Part shown: one piece after another, positions 11,690-24,600 of the stretch
Layout of the letters: every line of letters begins with the position of its first letter
How positions within the stretch are numbered: the stretch's first letter is position 1
NCBI GenBank assembly: GCA_965203295.1
Contig: CBDBCZ010000015.1
Coordinates: 736,001-800,000 of the forward strand
Source: Nitrospirales bacterium
GTDB lineage: Bacteria > Nitrospirota > Nitrospiria > Nitrospirales > UBA8639
Reading direction: 5' to 3'
DNA length: 64,000 nucleotides
Program-made: the position numbers and the translations under genes
The notes under the pieces: model-generated
What the model saw: only the letters and a program-made list of their open reading frames with translations
Told to the model about the DNA's origin: nothing
Database searches by the model: none

Positions 11690-12330
11690 TAAAAAGTGTT
11701 CTGAAAGCCTAAAAATGATGGACTAGTTGGGGAACCTTTTCAGTATGGTGGCAAAGGAATGGCTAATCTGTTGAAAGTCTTATGTGCGGTAGTTTGGACA
11801 GAGGAGAGTATTCTTAGACAAGGATTAATTGTTAGCTTGCATAAGAAAGGTGATGCTGAGGACCCAGGTAATTACAGAGGCATTACACTATTGAATGTGG
11901 TCGGAAAGCAAGATTCTAAATAATCGCTTAGTATGCACATTAGAATCAGAAAGGGTTCTTCATGAGGGTCAGGCAGGGTTTAGAGAGAAATGGAGTTGTG
12001 TTGATAACATCTTCACTCTAAGAGAAATTATACGAGGGAAGGAAAGGACACATACTCTTTTTTTTTAGATGTTCAGAAAGCATTTGACGCAGTTTGGCAT
12101 GATGGTTTATGGTTTTAAGTTATGGGAACTTGGGGTTACATGTAGGGGTAGGATGTGGAGAGTTATTAAGAATATGTATGACATCACACAGAGTGCTGTT
12201 TTACTGGAGGGAGAAATATCTGGGCCATTCAATATAGGTCAGGGGTGGCACAGGGTTGTAGTATGTCGCCTATCCTCTTTTCCATTTTTTATTAATCAGT
12301 TGTTAGATGAGGTTGAAAAGGCTGGGATCA
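11690..12330 (+). mobile_element. Non-LTR retrotransposon reverse transcriptase fragment (degenerate)
   Basis: KKGDAEDPGNYRGITLLNVVGK, EGQAGFR, FLDVQKAFDAVWHDGL and QGVAQGCSMSPILF read across frameshifts; ends before YADD. Confidence 0.92.
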
Positions 12331-13325
12331 GTACAGTTGCAAGAAAGATAATTATTCGGTACTTCACCCTACTTTATGGTAGTGAGTGCCTCTTTTTCCT
12401 ACGTATATGATGGGCTACTAAACACCTTGAACCTGAAACAGCTGGCTTCCGTTTCACCAAGAGTATTGTACTACATGTATCTTTTAGCAGCAAGCCACTT
12501 ACAACCGACTGTCTTCAAGACTTCTTTGTTCCTACATTCTCAGATTGTATGCAAGGACAACTGAGGAGACACTTATTCACAACTGGGTCACTTTTGTTGA
12601 AGAAGTCTCAGGTAATGTAAACTACATTCTGAAAGTATAGCTATAATATAGCCGGCCAAGGGTGACGGCTATCTTTACTATGACTTTTGTCTATACCTTT
12701 ATATGTATGCATTTACTAGTGCCTGATGATGTTAATAATTCACCACTGGCGCTTCTGCCATCCCCCACTTGGGTTCCAGCCCAATCCAACGATAAACTTT
12801 GTTGAGTGGGAGTGCCTCCCCTTTGCATAATCATGTGAGAATATTATTCATTTCCCATTGTAAATTACTACCACTTCAAGGAGAGGATGAGCTTTGCTTT
12901 AAGTGGTTTTCATTGGTTTGGGTGTGTTTGAACAATGAACTGTAGATCTACATGTAGCTAGCTGCTCCATTTTGTGTTAATGATCATGGACCACTGATCC
13001 TTGCACACGTGTAGCTATGTTTCTACAGCACACTGCCCAGAGTTATGTGACCATAGACCAACATTCTGTTTTCAACTTTGCTCTAGGGTCATTTGTGGTA
13101 CTCATACGTGTAGCTTGCTATGCATGTTTTAATTGAATGCGTGAAAATCTCTCAGGTACAACAATACCCTAACGAGTTCCACTACCTTAGCTAGGTAGCT
13201 CAGAGTGGATTATGAGTTGACCATGGATCTGTGTCCAGATAACAACTACATGTTCAGAGGGGGGTAGGGGGTTACAAGAAATAGCTCAAAATTCTCCTGG
13301 GGGCATACCACCCAGTATGAAAGCC

Positions 13326-13393
<68 letters not shown>

Positions 13394-14671
13394 AATCACA
13401 ATTTCGTTAAATAGAAGTTAATCATGCTTAAATGCTTAGTCTAATATCATGATTTGCTGTTCATCTTCATCAGTAGCAAACTCATCTACTCATTATCAAC
13501 TTGCAGCAGTGCATGCTATTATGTGTATGTGTGGTATATTGTTGAATCAGTGTGACCATAGATAGTATCTTCAACTGACATGATCCTCATTAGCTCACAG
13601 TATTGAAAAGCCAAACTGGTCAACATGTTGAACTGGTAGCATTAATGGATACAATTTCATCTACACATCATCAGCTTAATTGCAACAGTATATTTTGCTC
13701 AGGCCAGACTGTGGGTGGGGCTTTAACAGATGAAGAAATTTTGCATTCTAGCTACGAATGTTAAATTTATGCATTATTACGCTGAGGTCATGGTTATGGT
13801 GTATATCCATTCAGTGTAGGCTTTCATGTTGTCAACATAGTTATATTTAGTTTACAATACATATCGTGTACTGTTTGTCGTGCTTGTACGTTGTTCACTT
13901 TGTTACATAAAATTCCTTCTGTGACTGTGTATTTTGCAGTGGCAGAATAATTGAAGGGCTGAGAACCAGAATGGTCTAACCCACCCAATTGAGCTTACCC
14001 TCGCAAACTGAATTTCAGGAGCTAGCTACTCAAGATTTATAATGGACACATTTATGCTCCTAGTGCATGTTTGTACAGTTCATGCAATTTCCAGTTGGGT
14101 TAGACTTAGTACTGTGGTTCTCGATCAGCCCTTCAATTGATGATGTGGGGATATCAACTTTGGCTACCATATTTGGGTTTGGATGGCTCCAGATTGCATG
14201 CAAATGAACATTTCTGGGGGAGTATACGTATGCCCGAGACTGCCAATGCATGCATGCTTCGATCATTGCCCCAACCCCACAACAGCATATAGCCACCCCC
14301 TACAAAGAACACGTAATCCTGGGTGCAATACTGGCCTTCATCTGTGAGCACTGTAAAATATACATGCACCTAGACCAGCCCATGCTAATGAACAGCTCTG
14401 GTATGTGTACCTGAGGGAGTATAGCGGCCTGTCAAAACTATTCCAAGAAACGAACAATTTGGAACAGGTTCTCACATTACCACCCACAGATCAGACAGCC
14501 AAGGGCACCTTTCATCCCAAATTTCTATTGTGGTTGGGGTCTGTTTGGAGGGAGAGATTTTACTGGTCGGCTCCTAGCGCGGCTCTGATGGCACAGCTAT
14601 AATGATCATAGGAATATATCAGATGTGAAGGTGAAGTGCACTGCCAGTAATCAAGAACATACTGAGTAGTA

Positions 14672-14770
14672 TCTACCATGCAATACCATACAGTACCATG
14701 TAATATCATGCAGTACCACTGAGTACCGTTCAATACCGTGCAGTACCATGGAATATCATGCATACCACGC
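14672..14770. repeat. Degenerate 10-bp minisatellite (cagtaccatg)
   Basis: About 10 imperfect consecutive units. Confidence 0.8.
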
Positions 14771-15005
14771 ACCAACGCGTACACAAAGTGCACAACCATT
14801 GCACTCGCGATTACAGTATGATGTAATATCGATCGTATTACAGTACATGTAATATAGTATGATGTAATGTAAGGAACGCTGATCAATGATCATGAGCTCT
14901 CATATCAATGAGCGAGAGAATAGTATACATGTAACATGCCTTAACATATTGATAGCAGGTATGTGTATCTTGCACATGACTCTGCACATGTCTCCTTCTT
15001 GCCAG

Positions 15006-15506
15006 ACTTGGTGGACTTCACTGATGAGGAAGGCAAAGGGAAGTACCTGCCATGGTTCTCCACGAGGTCTACGACTACTACATGTACATACCTCGACCTC
15101 AAGCAGATAGAAGTACTGGTACAACTATAGTAATATGGTCTTAATGTTATAGTCCTCCCTTTACTTGCATGGAAAGGTATTTCCGTTATTGGTCCCAACA
15201 CTGACTCTAAAAGAGGCCTTTGGAAAGCCTGTCAACCCAAAATGCTATGAGAACTCTCAAACTGACAGAGCAAAGCATAGTACTAACATGTAAGTGACAC
15301 ACGGGTTGAAAATTGTCTAAAACATATTTTATGTTTCTCTTTTACAGAAGTGGAGTCACTAAAGTGCCTAATACATATACTGCAAGTGAAAGACATTCCT
15401 GTCAATATTCCTCTCTGTAGAAAGTTGACTACCTGACCTACTTACAGATATTAGATCGACTCTTTGAAAACACTACAAAAAGAAAAAAACTGTGGAATGC
15501 AAAAAG
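15006..15506 (+). pseudogene. SF3A3: SF3A3/PRP9 fragment, copy 2 (two exons with intron)
   Basis: Degenerate copy of the 11526 exon with shared flanking intron sequence, followed by an exon at 15421 encoding KVDYLTYLQILDRLFE (SF3A3-like KLDYITYLSIFDQLFD); frameshifted. Confidence 0.75.
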
Positions 15507-16419
15507 TGAAATGGCTGAGTAAAGGGCTCTAATATTTGGGTGAGTAAAGGGCATTCAGGCATACAAGTATATATTAGATTCTTAGGTAGTCATATGCTGC
15601 AGGAATAGGAAGAATTATTATTATGGTTGACACATATGCCATGAATAAACTGCTTATAAAATTGTTACAATGCAGGCAGCTACCTGTCTCGTAGGAATTG
15701 TCATTCATGTATGTACAACTGCAGTGCTTTGTATGTGTACATCGTACACATGTAGCAGTAATCCTCGAAATACATGCACATGCAACTGAACATATACAAT
15801 AAGTGTACAGCAGATTAGATATATAGCGGGATAAACACTGAATATAGATAGTCCATACATCTTAATGCATTGTGCATGCATACCAAAATTGATATATAGT
15901 CCACTACATTAGTTCAGTACTGATGCCACATTTCCCCTTCTGGATATATTCAAAGTGAATGACTGCCTATTATTCTTACATTATTCCCAAGTGAAATCAA
16001 TTCATTAATATCACTTTCATCTGTTGCTGGCTGGCTTGTGCTGGCTGGCTAATTTGCATGCCGTAAACCAGCCATTCTCCAATCACAACCATTGCCAGAC
16101 GCCAAAAATGTATGCACAGTTTGTGGTGGGTGAAATCTACTCTGAATATTTCCGTTCAAAACTCGCATTCCCGAAAACTGTCCTATTATTTCCGCATTAT
16201 TCTCGATGCTTCTTCATGTATTATTCCCATTATCCCAGCATAATCCATCCAAGCCTAATGCATGGATAACGTGTATAGTACGTGTGACACGTACACGTAA
16301 GACTTCATTCCGAGCGAAGCGAGGCTATTTTTTGCAAACAAAACATATTCAGGCAGGCAACTGGGCAAATATAGAAGTAGAAGACAAAAGAAAATAGAGT
16401 ATGGCATGTGTCTAACACG

Positions 16420-17725
16420 CACTGACATAATGTGAGTATTAAAAGGTTAGAAAGTTAGTTAAAATGACCCTCCGCAACCTGAAGGTCAATTGGGCATTCG
16501 GTGGCTCCCCTGATGGCCTTGATTGAGGCTCTTAGAAGAGCAAAGCTCAGATCCAATTCAGAGTTACTGCTATGCGGTACCTCTCTTCTCGGCTATCATC
16601 GATGCGAGTCTCTTGTCGCAGCACGTTCCATCCCACCTGTTGTAGACAACACTAGTGGAGTGAATGTTGCACGCTCGACCCCACGGACTCGCTGGTCGTA
16701 CAGCCGTCTCTTCTCTTGCTCATGCCTGCGATACACGGATGATAGGGGACCATTACAATTCGATTGGGCGCTCGGGTTAAATACCAGTACATCGACAAAT
16801 GCCTTTTCAAATCTTCCCCCCCCCCCAAACCTGTACATTGCAACATTCAAGCGAGCACCATCTTCAGTGATTGCAGAGCGGTGAGAAAAGGTCTCGCCAG
16901 AGAGTGACTGTAGGTGGGGCTCGATTGTAACTGCATGACAAACTTCAGTCAATAGCGAAGCAGTAATGTCTCTGACTTTGTTGTGCTTCACAGCTGGGAA
17001 CCCCCCGATTTTGTAGGTGAGGAACACTGAATGGTTGTCCATAAGTGCAGTGTGATGGTGAGTTCTTAAGTGACCAACCATATCTGAGGGAGAGGCCATC
17101 TCTGAAGGCGGACTTGTGCAGAGCGAATCCATGCTCATCAATGGGCAGTGCTGTCAGCCAGGTTGAAGCTCCTTTTTCTTGGGAGAGTTCCATGGAACGT
17201 TGGAGAGGAGCCGGGAGTTGTCATCACAGGTTTTCCGCATCTTCCTTCTGCTTTGTACGTTTGTTAGAGTGGATTCTTCTCTTGATGTTTTGCTGAGCAT
17301 TATGGCAATTGTCGAGCTGTTGGTCCTGATTGATGATTCGCTCAACAAGTGGGGCACTAATCATCCTGGAGGCAGCCTGTTGCTCTTTTGCTACAGCAAC
17401 AGGATTCATGAGACCCAAACCGCCAAGTCTTGCAGGTAGTGCTAACAACTCACAAACATGTTCTCCTGGAGGAGGTTGCCCTGTGAGTGCAGGGATGAAG
17501 CGTGACTGGATTGCTTTCTTTAGAGATTCCAGAGTGTGACTGCTTCCCAATTAAATTATACCCTTTAAATAGAAGGTAGTTCCACTTTGAGGAGAGGCCG
17601 TGGGTGAATGCAGCATAAGCTACATGTGGTTGGGTCTCAGCAAACTTGCTAACCTCGTTTACCCAGCTTTTAACTTTTCTGTCGACATACTGGCGCAGAA
17701 AGGAGAAAGGAGGTAGTGCCAATCG
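16420..17725 (-). mobile_element. 5'-truncated, frameshifted CRE-like (restriction-like endonuclease) non-LTR retrotransposon
   Basis: LPARLGGLGL, EKGASTWLTALP, FRDGLSLRYGW, decayed CCHC knuckle, KHNKVRD, DGARLNV...FVDVLVFNP, HEQEKRRLY, FTPLVLSTTGG: the thumb, knuckle and RLE region of RLE-type elements. Confidence 0.85.
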
Positions 17726-18069
17726 CTCCGCCTGTTCCGATTAATTCCCTTTTCTTCATGGTAGGCGTGCCACAAAATAAATGTGCCACACCCAGCAATT
17801 CTCGCGAAGCGAGGACGTCCCTGCACATCGATAGTATCTAGGCCTATATGCTGCACATTAATTGTGTAATATCACTAGTAAAAAATTATATTATCCATGA
17901 TCTATAGTTAGCCACGCCTGTTCGCCGTATCGGGAAATCTATTATATGATTCGAGTTGCTCGAGGCGAAGACTTCTGCTTTATCTCAGACTCTAGTAAGA
18001 CTTCTGGTGGTTTATCCAAATTAAGGGCGTTTTAATAGTTCTGACATGGTGATGTGAGTGATTTGTAAG

Positions 18070-18109
18070 GTCTACCCATAGATAATAGAGCTATTATCTA
18101 TGGTCTACC
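18070..18109. mobile_element. 26-bp CATAG...CTATG palindrome flanked by 7-bp direct repeat gtctacc
   Basis: gtctacc|catagataatagagctattatctatg|gtctacc. Analogous cases at 40147-40196 and 49974-50028. Confidence 0.8.
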
Positions 18110-18114
18110 GTAGA

Positions 18115-20185
18115 ATCTAAAAGTGTTGCTATTAGGTTAGTAGATGTACCAGTACTTTGTGTGGGAGTTTGTTTGACTAGCAATAGTTGGAGGAGGAAAT
18201 ACCTAGCCTATAGCCTTTCCACATGTGGGGATGCAAATTCAAAGTGAATGTACAGTTTTATGAATTTCAAGAACCTTTGCAAGGCCTATCAAAGAGCTAA
18301 GAGTGTTGCTTGTAGGTTACGTAGTAGATGTAATGCCACTATTTTCGGGGAAGTTTGTTAGGCAAAATGTGTAGATTAAATCTTGTAGACCCTCCCTATG
18401 TAAATTATAAAGGATGCAAATTCAAAGTGGCTGTGTTATCTGAATGAAAGGTCCTCCATAGAGTTATGTAGCTAAGAGTGTTGCTTTGAGTTTAGTAGAT
18501 GTAATGCCGAGGGAGTTTGTTACTAATAGTTAGAGGCAGAAGTCTCCCGTAGACCTTCCCTGTGCAAGATCACAAATTTAAAGTGGTTGTGTAGTTTTAC
18601 ATTCAGCAAGAAACCTTTGCTAGGTCCATCAAGGGGCTAAGGGTGTTGCTTTTAGGTTAGTAGATGTACTGTATGTGTTACCACAACATTTGTGTTGAAC
18701 GAGCAATAGTTAGAGGCAATCATATCTACATTAAATGCTGTAGCCTCTTCCTGTCTGAGGACGCCAATTCAAATAGGTTGTGTCGACATCTTGTGATCAG
18801 TGAGAAACCTTTGCAAGGTCCACCAAAGATCTACATGTGAGATGGGTGCTTTTAGGTTAGTACGTAGATGTACATGTAATACCACTGTAATTTGGGGGAT
18901 TTGTTGGACATGTCAGGATTAAATCCCGTAGCCCCTCCCTGTGTGAGGACGTAATGTCAAAGTGGTTGTGCAGTTTATGAATAGTGAGAAATTTTTGTGA
19001 GGTTCACTAAAGAGCTATATATGTTATAGTTAAACCACCCCCTAGACGCGTTTACCAGTAATACACGAGACAGTTCCAGGTAAACCCCGAGGGCCAAGCC
19101 GGAGGGGTTTACCTGGAACTGTCGAGTGTATTGCTGGTAAACGCGTCTAGGGGGTGGTTTAGCTGGTTTGTAGCATGACAGCCATACACATCAAAGGCAC
19201 TGTGACAGCTGCAACAGCTGCCGTGTTCTAACTTCCCTAATTGCCATGTTCTAACTACCACTAATTGGAAGTTAGAATACGCCTGGCAGTTAGAACACTT
19301 CTACACTATATTAACTGTAGGCGGTACCTTTGATTTGTATGGCTGCCATGCTACAAGTATATATAAGTGTTGCTGTGAAGTAGATGTAAATGTCACTACT
19401 TTGGGGGAGTTTGTGAACTATCAGCAGCAGTTAGAGGCAGAAATGAGTCTTCTAGCCCCTTCCTGTGTGAGGACACAAATTGAAAGTGATTATGTACTGT
19501 TATGAATAGCATGAAATCTTTGCAAGGTCCACTGAAGAGTTAAGATTGTTGCTTTTAGGTTAGTAGATGTTGGGAGTTTGTTTGATGAGCAATGGGTTAG
19601 AAGCAGAAATGTCTATTCTGAATTTTATGTAGTCTCTCCCTGTGGGAGGATGCAAATTCAAAGTGGTTGTATAGGTGTACGCAAGATTTACCATAGAGGC
19701 TTTGTGGTTACTAGATGTACCACCACAACATTTTGATTTCGTTGGACTAGCATTAGGTAGAAGAAAAAATATAGGTCTATATTAAATCCTGTAGCACCTC
19801 CCTGTGTGAGGACAATTTGTAGTGTGTAGTTGAGTAGTTTTATGAACAGAAGATACCTTCGCAATGTCCATAAAAAAGCTAAAAGTGTTGCATTAAAATT
19901 AATATAATAATAATTATGTATGATGTAATTACTCTGCAAGTTTATTGGATGAACAATAGTTATACAATGTAATGGCAGAAATGGCTATATTAAATCCTGT
20001 AATCCCTCAGGAGGCAATTTCATCCGGTTGTGTAGTTTTATTATCAGAAAAAAATCCAAGAGCTAAGAGTGTTGCATTTAGTTAGTACGGCTATCTTTTG
20101 TTGGACTAGCAATTGTTAGAGCTACGTGTAGAAGTGATTTCTGTAGCCCCTTCCTGTTTCAGGATGCAAATTGAAAGTTGTTATC
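18115..20185. repeat. Diverged tandem satellite, unit ~165-200 bp, ~10 copies
   Basis: The block agagctaagagtgttgct...ttagtagatgta...gggagtttgt...gatgcaaattcaaagtgg recurs at ~18123, 18303, 18478, 18643, 18846, 19366, 19546, 19884 and 20068. Confidence 0.9.
19018..19365. mobile_element. Twin-hairpin non-autonomous element inserted into the satellite
   Basis: Hairpin 1 spans 19028-19164 (~61-bp arms, ~4 mismatches, loop gagggccaagccgga); hairpin 2 spans 19168-19356. TATA-rich ends split a satellite unit at agagcta|...|agtgttgct. Confidence 0.85.
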
Positions 20186-20345
20186 TACAGTGGAACCCCT
20201 CTAATGTGGACACCTTGGGGACCTAGTAAAATGTCCTGTATAGAGATGTGTCCTCATTTCATTACATTACGAAAGTATATTTGGGACACAACAAAGTGTC
20301 CTTAATGCAGAGGTGTCCTTATTTAAGGGGTGTCCTTGTACGACA
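20186..20345 (+). mobile_element. Tc1/mariner-type MITE fragment
   Basis: Starts TA-CAGTGGAACCCCTCTAATGTGGACACC, with internal gtgtcct repeats. Confidence 0.6.
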
Positions 20346-21694
20346 CTGGAATGCACAGTGGAGTGTTGAAGTAGTGGACTGAAGTACACATCTTGCTATA
20401 TGTACGTATGGAGTAGTGGATAGTCTCTTGTGAGTGAGTACAATATACCCCACATATTTGGTATTCCTTACTTACAGGTGAGAAATGTGATGTAGTTGTA
20501 CATGTACGTAGGGGCAAGAAGAGTCAGGGGGTTTCCTAAGCAGTACTTTTAGTGCTGACCAGTTTAGGACTCTACGTACTTGTAGTATGCATGAGGCTAT
20601 CGGTGTTGCAAAGAGCGGCAATCATTTAATGTTGCTGAACATTACAGGTATAGATTACAGGGCCGTAGGAGTAGGTCTAGCTGGTGTGGTGGTCGCTGGA
20701 CCAAAGTTCAGCAAGCAAGCATCACGCCCATTATACATATTCCTAGCATTAAGTCGCCGTATAGTAGTACAATTAAGTCAGCATGGCTGAGTCGCACTTC
20801 ACAGTCGTCCAGTTTCAACCGACGAAAGGCCAGCTAGGTTTGATCAGCCAGGTTATGCTGTATACCACAACCTTGAGGAGCTGTTACTCACAGAATATAA
20901 ATAGTAAATCATCAACAAGACGCTGCATGTGCTTCTCACTTTCACAAATCATTGTAAATCTCACTAGCACTACAGTATGCACATACAGGTACGGTACGTA
21001 CTCTAATTCACAGTAGGTGATGTATGCGCAGTCAAACTAGGTGGAGCAACGCCTGTAAAGCTGAGCTTCAAGCACAAATGATAGGTTTGGTAGCAGGTCG
21101 TGTCCAATTCTTGCTATTTTACACCAAGATTTCACTAGAAACAATCTCAGTAGGTCCAAATTTTTCGGGAGGATCATGTCTCCACACCCCCTAGAAGGAA
21201 TATGCCCTGCTCCACTACCCACCAGATCAAAGGGAAAATGCTGCCTATGGTCCTGGATTAAAACTAAGTGTGTGTGGTAGGGAGTAGCCTCGTTCCCAGA
21301 AAAAAAGCTGGGCAGAGAGCCTGGGAACGAAGCTAGTAGGGAGAGTGTGGGGTGAGCAATGTTGAGTCTACAGTGCATGTTACTGCAATGAGATGGTCAT
21401 GTGCATGTGTTGCATGCAGTTTTCTGCTATCATTTATTGTCATTTGGTGTGGCATGTAGTGCTACAATTTGCTAATAATGGTTCATGGGCTATAGTCGTG
21501 TACAGTATCCAGGTTACCAACGGAGGTTGCATAATTATGTAGCTTGCATATTATTTGAAAATCACATGTACATGTAGCAATGAGTGCTAGAATGAGAGGA
21601 AAGTACATACCAATTCACCTGTACTGGTGTGGATATACTATTCTGCACATTCTCTGCACAGGATACGGCATCCCATAGCCGCAAGAACGTTATC

Positions 21695-24600
21695 ATGGAA
21701 GCTGACTCTTGGAGTGAAGAAGAAAAAGTTCCTGTATCCCTGGCAGACAGTCTCCCTGGGTGCAGTGATGGGCCTTCCCCAAAAGCCATGCGTTTAGACA
21801 AAAAGCTGTCAGAAGAAATGTCTACTACACTCTATCAAGCTGCAGATTTTCAGACATCTCATAAAGAGAATGCTAGAAGGAAAAATCTTGGTTTGAGTAA
21901 GCAACTGTGTATCTACTATAAAATTCACTGCCTTACACGAAATTGTATTGTCCTCTATACACACGTGTAGCCTTCCATGAGTATGAACCTCCCCCTCTAC
22001 CTGTGGACTGGGTGGCAATAAACCACTGCAGTGGAGGAATCGTCTACTTCCACAAACCTACACGTGTCTGCACATGGTGTAGACCATATCATGTTAGCAG
22101 TTCTGGCACCATCAAGGTACCATAGCTGTTGTACATAGCTTACACACTTGTTGCACTGCACACTTTTGATCCTTCCTTGTGTGAGTTTGAGATTGAAAAT
22201 CCAACAAGTCATGCGATTCTCCCAGTTTGGCCATTGGAGGAGACTACTTTGCAACCTCACACCGAATTTATTTATGTTTTCCATGTTTAGTTTCTTGGTA
22301 CACCTCTTCACACACTTTAGTGGAACACTGATGTGGTTGTAAAATTAAGTTGACCCCTGTATGAGATACTATTCAGTACATGTAGTTTATTTGTGCAGAG
22401 AGCATGTATATACGTAGAAACTGCTGGTTAATTCAACTTGAATGTCAGTTATTGTGAATGTATTTACCTTTCAGAAACACAGGGTTCCAGTTCAGGCAAT
22501 TCCATGCCTAGAGAAGTGGTTATTTCAAGAAGAACGGTGCCAGTTGGCTGATCAGTGGCATCATACAGCAGGAGAAAGAAAGGGCTCATTAATCAAACTT
22601 GGTATGCTCTGTGAAATCACGTGTTTTACGTTGTACTGGTTAATAAAAGAGAAATACGTACATCCTATATTTCATATTTCACCCTAGGCTCAGCTCAGCA
22701 ATGGGCTAATTGAACTGTAATAGGCTGTCTCAGAATGACTGAATGCAGCTCAGTGTAGATCCACAGACAGACAAACACAGAAAACATAAAGCAATCTCAA
22801 GACCAGCCATTTATGTGCTTTGTGCATGCCCAGTTGGTAAAAAGTACATACAGCAACCAGCAAACTTGTTCGGATAGTGTGAGCATATACTGACTCAGAG
22901 TGTAAGGAACAACAATAGCAAGCACTTTATTATAGATATATATGTATGTACATGTACTACTCTATTATACAAGTGCCTGTAATTTACAATACCATAATGT
23001 GTGATCTCTTTTAGAGCCACATAATTTGAGGGAATACTTATCACAAAGATGGGAGATTGAGGAAGGCGGTGAAGAGTCTGTGCTAGTGGATGAATGGTAT
23101 GTAGTCGTCATACAGTTGCAGTTACATGTAGTGGAGGAAACATGGGAGCAGTAGTAGTGTCCCTAGGTAAACTGTGCAGTAGACATAATATCCTGGACCA
23201 GATCTCTGACTCTTCATACACCTATTTACAGTTTTGTTTTGACCATAACTCCTCACAGAAGTTTTGGATTGTACTGATGGAGGTTTTATCTCCCTGTATC
23301 TCCTGCTTTATGCCTAGCCTTATTTTGTACATGTACGCCACCTTTTCCAATGCAAACTTCCACTTGGCAGTGTATCAAGTACTCAGTATCGATAAAAAAA
23401 GCATAAAAGACTGAAGTACCATCCACACTCAAAACTGTGCTATCCATCTCCTGTGATTGCTTTCAGCATAGCTACAGTAAGGGAAGTAATCCTAATGAAG
23501 CAGAGATTATGAGAGAGTATGTATATAGCCATAGTTCCTTAAGGTACATATATAAAGCTATTGATGCAGCGTGACCTTAGATAAACCACTTCACATAATT
23601 AGGCATTTTGCTCTAAAGGAAGATATACGATGAAGACGTAAAAGACCAGCTGGCCTGCACTTCACATGTACCTTGCTGGGAATTACGTATCCCTGTTCTT
23701 GAAGCATGCAGTTAGTAGTAGCAGAGGAGGTTGGACAAGCTATGACGACACACAAATGTCACATGACATTTACAGACCCATAATTGCATTCTTTACATTT
23801 CGCGCGTGATAAAACCCGTATACCTTCGATATACTAGTACGTATACCTAAAATGCAAGCAGTATGGTTAACTCAGTTTCTCGATCTAGGAGCTCCTGCAG
23901 CACTCTCCAAGAGTTTCTGCGACTTGGAAAAGTAGTCAGTGTTTGTTTTTCAGTGCTTCCCGACTTACTGACCTTCTGGAGGGCTTATAGCGTGACATAG
24001 GCCGTGTAGAAGTCCATGCGATATCGGTAAGCGGGTACTTAAAGGTCAATTCCAGCCTTGAGTACTGTTGTTCTGTGGAGATTCCTGTCTGGAAGACTTA
24101 TACGGTTGATGTAAGTAATGCATACAAGTGCATAGCTACGATCTACGCCTATAATGTTCGTGAAAAGTGGCTAACAATGGTGGTCTTACCCGCTACCGTA
24201 TTCTTTCCCAGATTTCTTCTAAAAAACGCTGGGGCGCAGCGGGGCGCAGTCGATTTTCTTGAACTAATCCACCGGTACTAACACTTCAGTACTTAAACCA
24301 TCTCTGGCATAGTTGTTCTTAGGCAGCAGAGAGACTCAAAATTTCTATGGCCATTGCTGTACTTAAGTGACGTCACGTCATCGGTCACATGGTATTTTTG
24401 ATGCGCACGTGGTGCTTGTCCAACCTCCTCTGTAGTAGTAGTATGTAGCTTATAAATCACACTTATGTATACAGTACAAGTAGTACTGACTACTCTGTGC
24501 ACTTAGAATGGTTACTTCCTCACTCTTTTAGGCAAAAGAAAAAAATACCCAAGCCACAACAAAAGAAGGAACAGCATAAAAGTTTAGTGGTATGTAACAA

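Noticed and set aside
16501..17539. Plus-strand ORFs over the CRE-like element
   Set aside because: Antisense shadows of the retrotransposon ORF.
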